From NCBI GenBank assembly GCA_022791255.1, contig JAAVYR010000016.1:64497-128496 (forward strand): DNA of 64,000 nt, given 5' to 3'. The notes below the pieces were generated by a model. It had not been told where the DNA came from. It did no database searches and saw only the letters and a list, made by a program, of their open reading frames with translations. Shown here one piece after another: positions 60,255 through 64,000 of the stretch; position 1 is the first letter of the stretch; each line of letters opens with the position of its first letter. Both the position numbers and the translations under genes were made by a program. Source of the stretch: Peptococcaceae bacterium (GTDB lineage Bacteria > Bacillota > Dehalobacteriia > UBA4068 > JAAVYR01).

Positions 60255-63200
60255 TTATTTTGCCATGAATTCTGCATAGGTTTCTTGGTTATAAGCCTTA
60301 CCGAAGCTATTCTTTGCGTAAAGGATATCGTTAACATCGGTAACACCACCGTTATCGTTGATATCGCCCCACAATTGAGCTTGACAGCCTGGTGTGTTGG
60401 TCAAGATACCATTGGCAATCTGAGACAAGTCTCTCATGTCAACAACGATACCGTTGCGGTTTGCTTCCCCAGCAGTCAATTGAACTTCTTTCACATCACC
60501 AGTATCTGGTTTACCAAATACGATAGTATCCTCTACATTAGCGTCAGTAGCGATTTCAAAATCAGTGATGACATATTTCAAGAAACCGTTTTTGGTAACA
60601 GTTACAGTCCAGTTACCACTAGGAACATGAGCAGTTACATTGGATTTCTGGCTGATAGGCTTATCACCAGTAAATTCAAATGTTGTATCATCATCCCGAG
60701 TAAAGGTAACTTTTGCTGCGGTCTGAGGATCTTCGCTGATTAAGTATTTTACAATCATGGTTACTGTGAAGGTTTGTTCATCGAAGTTTGCAACGATAAT
60801 TGTATCTGCTTTTACTGGATCCATGGTGTAAGTAGTAACTTTAGTAGTTGCATCTGCAGCAGGTACAGTTACTTTTGTACCGTCAACAGTTACTTCACCT
60901 AATTGATATTTTTCAGCAGGTTTCATATCGAAGCTTGGGGTATCCCCGATGTTTACAACCGTAATACCATGAGCAACGATAGTACCTTGGCCTTTCCCTA
61001 CTTTAGAGGTAACAATCTTTTGGATTGGATCGCCATCTAAAGGTTTGAAAGTAGCAGTAATGGTATGATTATTGTTTGCTTCTAGACCAGTCAAACTTAC
61101 AGAAGCTTTTACAACGCCGTTATTTTTAGCATCTGGATCAGTAGTATGATCTGTCGCAATAACTGTTACAGAACCACCAGTTAATGTTGCGGTGGTACCA
61201 GGTGTATCAGCTAATGCAATGTCTTGACCGTCTACAATAATTCTATCGATTTCATAACCATCTTTTGCTTCTACAGTAGCGGCAAAGTCTTCATAGTTAT
61301 CACCAGAGGCAGCGATAATATAATCTTTGCGGTCGCCTTTGCCGATAACATCGGTATCATGTTTGATTTCCCCAAATTCACCGCCTACTACAGTAACAAC
61401 AGGCGCATGTTTCGGATCTACTTCTTCACCTTTTTCATCAAATTCACCGAAGATAACAGTAATTACTTGGTCAGAAGCTACATTGGTAAAGGTGTGTTTG
61501 TATACAAAGCCATCTTTACCTTTGTCATCACCTAAGTTTACATCAACACCGTTAACGATAACTTGGGATACTGCATAGTAATGTCCGGTAGCTAAGCCAG
61601 TTGCAGCATCAGGAGTGAATACGAATTCACTGGAAGTGCTAGAGCCTTTATCTAATGTTTCTACAACATTTTTGTTGTCACCAGATACTTCAACTTTATC
61701 TGTAACAGCTACAGGAGCAGTAATAGTACCATTACCTTGTGCATTCGCAGTAACAGTGTATTGTGCTGGAACAAATTTTGTGTTGTCAATCTTAATGGAC
61801 AAATCACCAGCTTGCAACCGTTCATCTAATGGAGTAGCTGGATTATCAGTGCCATCCGGATCTAATGGGTCACCGATAATATCGTCAGCTGGGATTTTAT
61901 ATTGGTTTGTAGTTTTATCTAAGGTAGCAGTAGTGGTCTTAATAACAGTTGGATTACCGTCATCGCCTTCTGGCCCATAGATAGTTACTTCCAATGTTTC
62001 AGGTTTGGTGCCATCCCAGTCATAACCAGGTTTTGGTTGGATGTTGAAGCTGTATTCTACACCGTTGAAAGCGACAGTATCACCGGAAAGTTGACCTTTT
62101 TCATCACCGTCAGGTGTAGCTGTAGCGCTATCGCCACTGCCTTCTACAAAATCTAATACAACAGGGTGATAGATTTTTGCTTTCAAAGGAGCTTCATTGC
62201 GTACAGTTTCTTTTGCAACAGAGAATTCTTTTAATTCTTTTGCTTTTGCTTCATCAATGTTGCCAGGATATGGCCAGAAGCCTAATTTTTCTACAATGAA
62301 TTTGTAGGTAGTGTCAGCAGTAGCTGTGAAGTATACTTCCCCACGGTCATCGGTAGTCAATGTCATGATTGGGGTAGCGTCAGCGTCAGCTGCAGCTGCG
62401 TCGTAAACCCTTACAGTAGCGTTTTCAATTGGGTCACCAGTTTCTACATTGGTTACGATAAATTCAGCTCTGATATTGTTTTCCGGACGAGGGAAAGTAA
62501 TCTGAGTCCGTACGTCATAACCAATTGCTTCTGGGTTATAATTTTCATCCATTGGGTCTTTGTAAGGGAATGCTTGGTAGAAACCTTCACTGCCTACACG
62601 ACCAGTAGCCATGGATTTGTCCAAACGACCTTCAGGTAATTCACCGCTGGTAAATTTGCTTGGATCATTTTGGTCATCAGCTACACGCCAGAAGTTGCCT
62701 AAGAATTCATCAATAGCGTCTTGTTTACCAGCAAAGTTAGTGTTTGCCCAAGCAAGATATGCAGTTTCATCTACAGGTGTTACGAATAAAGACTCGTTAT
62801 TGATGAGAGTTTCTACATCTACACCTTCTTTTACATCTAAGGTGTAGGTAGCGATTAATACTTTATTTGTAAGAGCATCTACATAACCAGGGTCAAGAAG
62901 GCCACTGGACTCATCTTTCCCTTTCCAGGAGAACATGTGGATACCATGTGCAGCGTCAGTAGTTGGGTTGTCTAATTTAGCTGTTGTGAATTCGCTTTCA
63001 GTTAAACGAACAGTAGATGCAGTGTTTAATACAAAGCCATTGGTTGCAGCTAAATCAAAGATTTTTGTATCATAACGCAAACCAAAAGTACCGTGAGTAG
63101 CTTTCATGTTTTGTAATTCTACAGTAACGGTCATTTGCGTTTGGGCTTCATTCCAAGTACCAGTTACTACATACAAAGGTCCGTTTACAGCAGTCAAGCC

Positions 63201-64000
63201 GCTACCAGATGGCATATTGTTAGCAGTCCCTTTGTTATCACCATCAAAAGTGATTTCGTTACCGCCGGTTACAGTGCCGTCAGTCAAAGTACCACCGATG
63301 ATAGCTTTATCTTCTTCTACCTTCAGTTCGATGTTTTCACCGGCTTCATAGCCAGGAGCAGTAATATTGATGATATAATCACCAGCTGGCAAGTTCAAAT
63401 CAACATTACCATCTTTATCATCATCAGTGAAAGGAAGTGGTAATTTACCTTCGATAGCTTCTGTTACACTACCATTTGGGTTTTTGCTTACGGTAATGGT
63501 AGCGCCTTCGATAGGATTACCTTCGCTATCTTTTACCGGAATGGTAATCAACTTTTGTTGTTTTGCCATGGTTACGGTAACGATAGGATTAGCGGAGTCG
63601 GTCTTCTGGGTTAATTCCATCCCAGAACCAGTAAGCTCAATGGTACCATTGCCGCCGACAGTTACTTTTACACTACCAGCCATTGGCACATAGCCGTCTT
63701 TGCTAATAGCGATGTCATAAGTTGCGGTATTTTCTTTTTTCTCAGCTGTAACTTTCCCTTGTGCATTAGTAGTATATTCAGTGGTATCAACAAGAACTTT
63801 TACACCTTCTAGTGGTGCGTTGCTATTGTCACCGTCTAATACTACAAAGTCAAAGGGATATGTTCCCATTTGTCTTTCATTACATACTAAGGATTTGGTT
63901 TCGCCTTCTGTCGTAACAGTAAATTTGCCGCTGGTAACTTCATGAGTCGCAGCTACATCAGTACCAGTTGGGTCAATTGTGTAGTTATATTCCCCAGCTT
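60255..64000 (-). CDS. giant secreted surface protein (over 1240 aa, N-terminus beyond the window end) with a C-terminal two-repeat dockerin-like module
   Basis: The reading frame stays open upstream of the first in-window Met at 63869 through to the window edge. Thr/Val/Asp-rich beta-sandwich repeats and a cohesin-like block (TFGLRYDTKIFDL). C-terminal NRNGIVVDMRDLSQIANGIL plus GDINDNGGVTDVNDILYAKNSF, a duplicated Ca-binding DxNxNGxVxxxD loop typical of dockerins. Confidence 0.6.
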   Translation of the reverse strand, partial: AGEYNYTIDPTGTDVAATHEVTSGKFTVTTEGETKSLVCNERQMGTYPFDFVVLDGDNSNAPLEGVKVLVDTTEYTTNAQGKVTAEKKENTATYDIAISKDGYVPMAGSVKVTVGGNGTIELTGSGMELTQKTDSANPIVTVTMAKQQKLITIPVKDSEGNPIEGATITVSKNPNGSVTEAIEGKLPLPFTDDDKDGNVDLNLPAGDYIINITAPGYEAGENIELKVEEDKAIIGGTLTDGTVTGGNEITFDGDNKGTANNMPSGSGLTAVNGPLYVVTGTWNEAQTQMTVTVELQNMKATHGTFGLRYDTKIFDLAATNGFVLNTASTVRLTESEFTTAKLDNPTTDAAHGIHMFSWKGKDESSGLLDPGYVDALTNKVLIATYTLDVKEGVDVETLINNESLFVTPVDETAYLAWANTNFAGKQDAIDEFLGNFWRVADDQNDPSKFTSGELPEGRLDKSMATGRVGSEGFYQAFPYKDPMDENYNPEAIGYDVRTQITFPRPENNIRAEFIVTNVETGDPIENATVRVYDAAAADADATPIMTLTTDDRGEVYFTATADTTYKFIVEKLGFWPYPGNIDEAKAKELKEFSVAKETVRNEAPLKAKIYHPVVLDFVEGSGDSATATPDGDEKGQLSGDTVAFNGVEYSFNIQPKPGYDWDGTKPETLEVTIYGPEGDDGNPTVIKTTTATLDKTTNQYKIPADDIIGDPLDPDGTDNPATPLDERLQAGDLSIKIDNTKFVPAQYTVTANAQGNGTITAPVAVTDKVEVSGDNKNVVETLDKGSSTSSEFVFTPDAATGLATGHYYAVSQVIVNGVDVNLGDDKGKDGFVYKHTFTNVASDQVITVIFGEFDEKGEEVDPKHAPVVTVVGGEFGEIKHDTDVIGKGDRKDYIIAASGDNYEDFAATVEAKDGYEIDRIIVDGQDIALADTPGTTATLTGGSVTVIATDHTTDPDAKNNGVVKASVSLTGLEANNNHTITATFKPLDGDPIQKIVTSKVGKGQGTIVAHGITVVNIGDTPSFDMKPAEKYQLGEVTVDGTKVTVPAADATTKVTTYTMDPVKADTIIVANFDEQTFTVTMIVKYLISEDPQTAAKVTFTRDDDTTFEFTGDKPISQKSNVTAHVPSGNWTVTVTKNGFLKYVITDFEIATDANVEDTIVFGKPDTGDVKEVQLTAGEANRNGIVVDMRDLSQIANGILTNTPGCQAQLWGDINDNGGVTDVNDILYAKNSFGKAYNQETYAEFMAK

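Overview
This 64-kb window is a chromosomal segment of a ~50% GC Firmicutes genome. The likely class is Clostridia, judged from LL-DAP aminotransferase, ThyX, archaeal-type phosphoglycerate mutase, SLH proteins and a B. subtilis-like sigH neighbourhood. Most of it is housekeeping: radA, serS, gyrB-gyrA, panB-panE, nifS-nifU, cysS, gltX, guaA, cls and ilvB-ilvN. There are five tRNAs: two tRNA-Ser on the + strand, and an fMet-Tyr-Thr cluster on the - strand. Other genes include an ECF-type transporter operon, an ECF sigma/anti-sigma pair, and a four-subunit 2-oxoacid:ferredoxin oxidoreductase operon followed by a PaaK-like CoA ligase.

The non-routine content is as follows. (1) The last 13 kb (51.2 kb to the window end) is a block of five giant secreted proteins carrying SLH anchors, cohesin-like modules and dockerin-like Ca-binding repeats. 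This is a putative SLH-anchored cohesin-dockerin surface assembly. The last gene runs off the window. (2) A strong sigma-A promoter is followed by a 30-codon leader ORF with 9 Met and 4 Cys, then a terminator hairpin with an overlapping antiterminator. This looks like a ribosome-mediated attenuator placed in front of the oxidoreductase/ligase operon. (3) Two ~450-500-bp MITE-like elements have GTCATCCTGAG terminal inverted repeats and a ~208-bp conserved non-coding core. A dispersed family of shorter intergenic repeats is related to them, and one copy splits ilvB from ilvN. (4) A 341-aa cytoplasmic protein has 32 cysteines. (5) Two low-GC islets look horizontally acquired. No CRISPR array, rRNA, transposase or integrase was seen.
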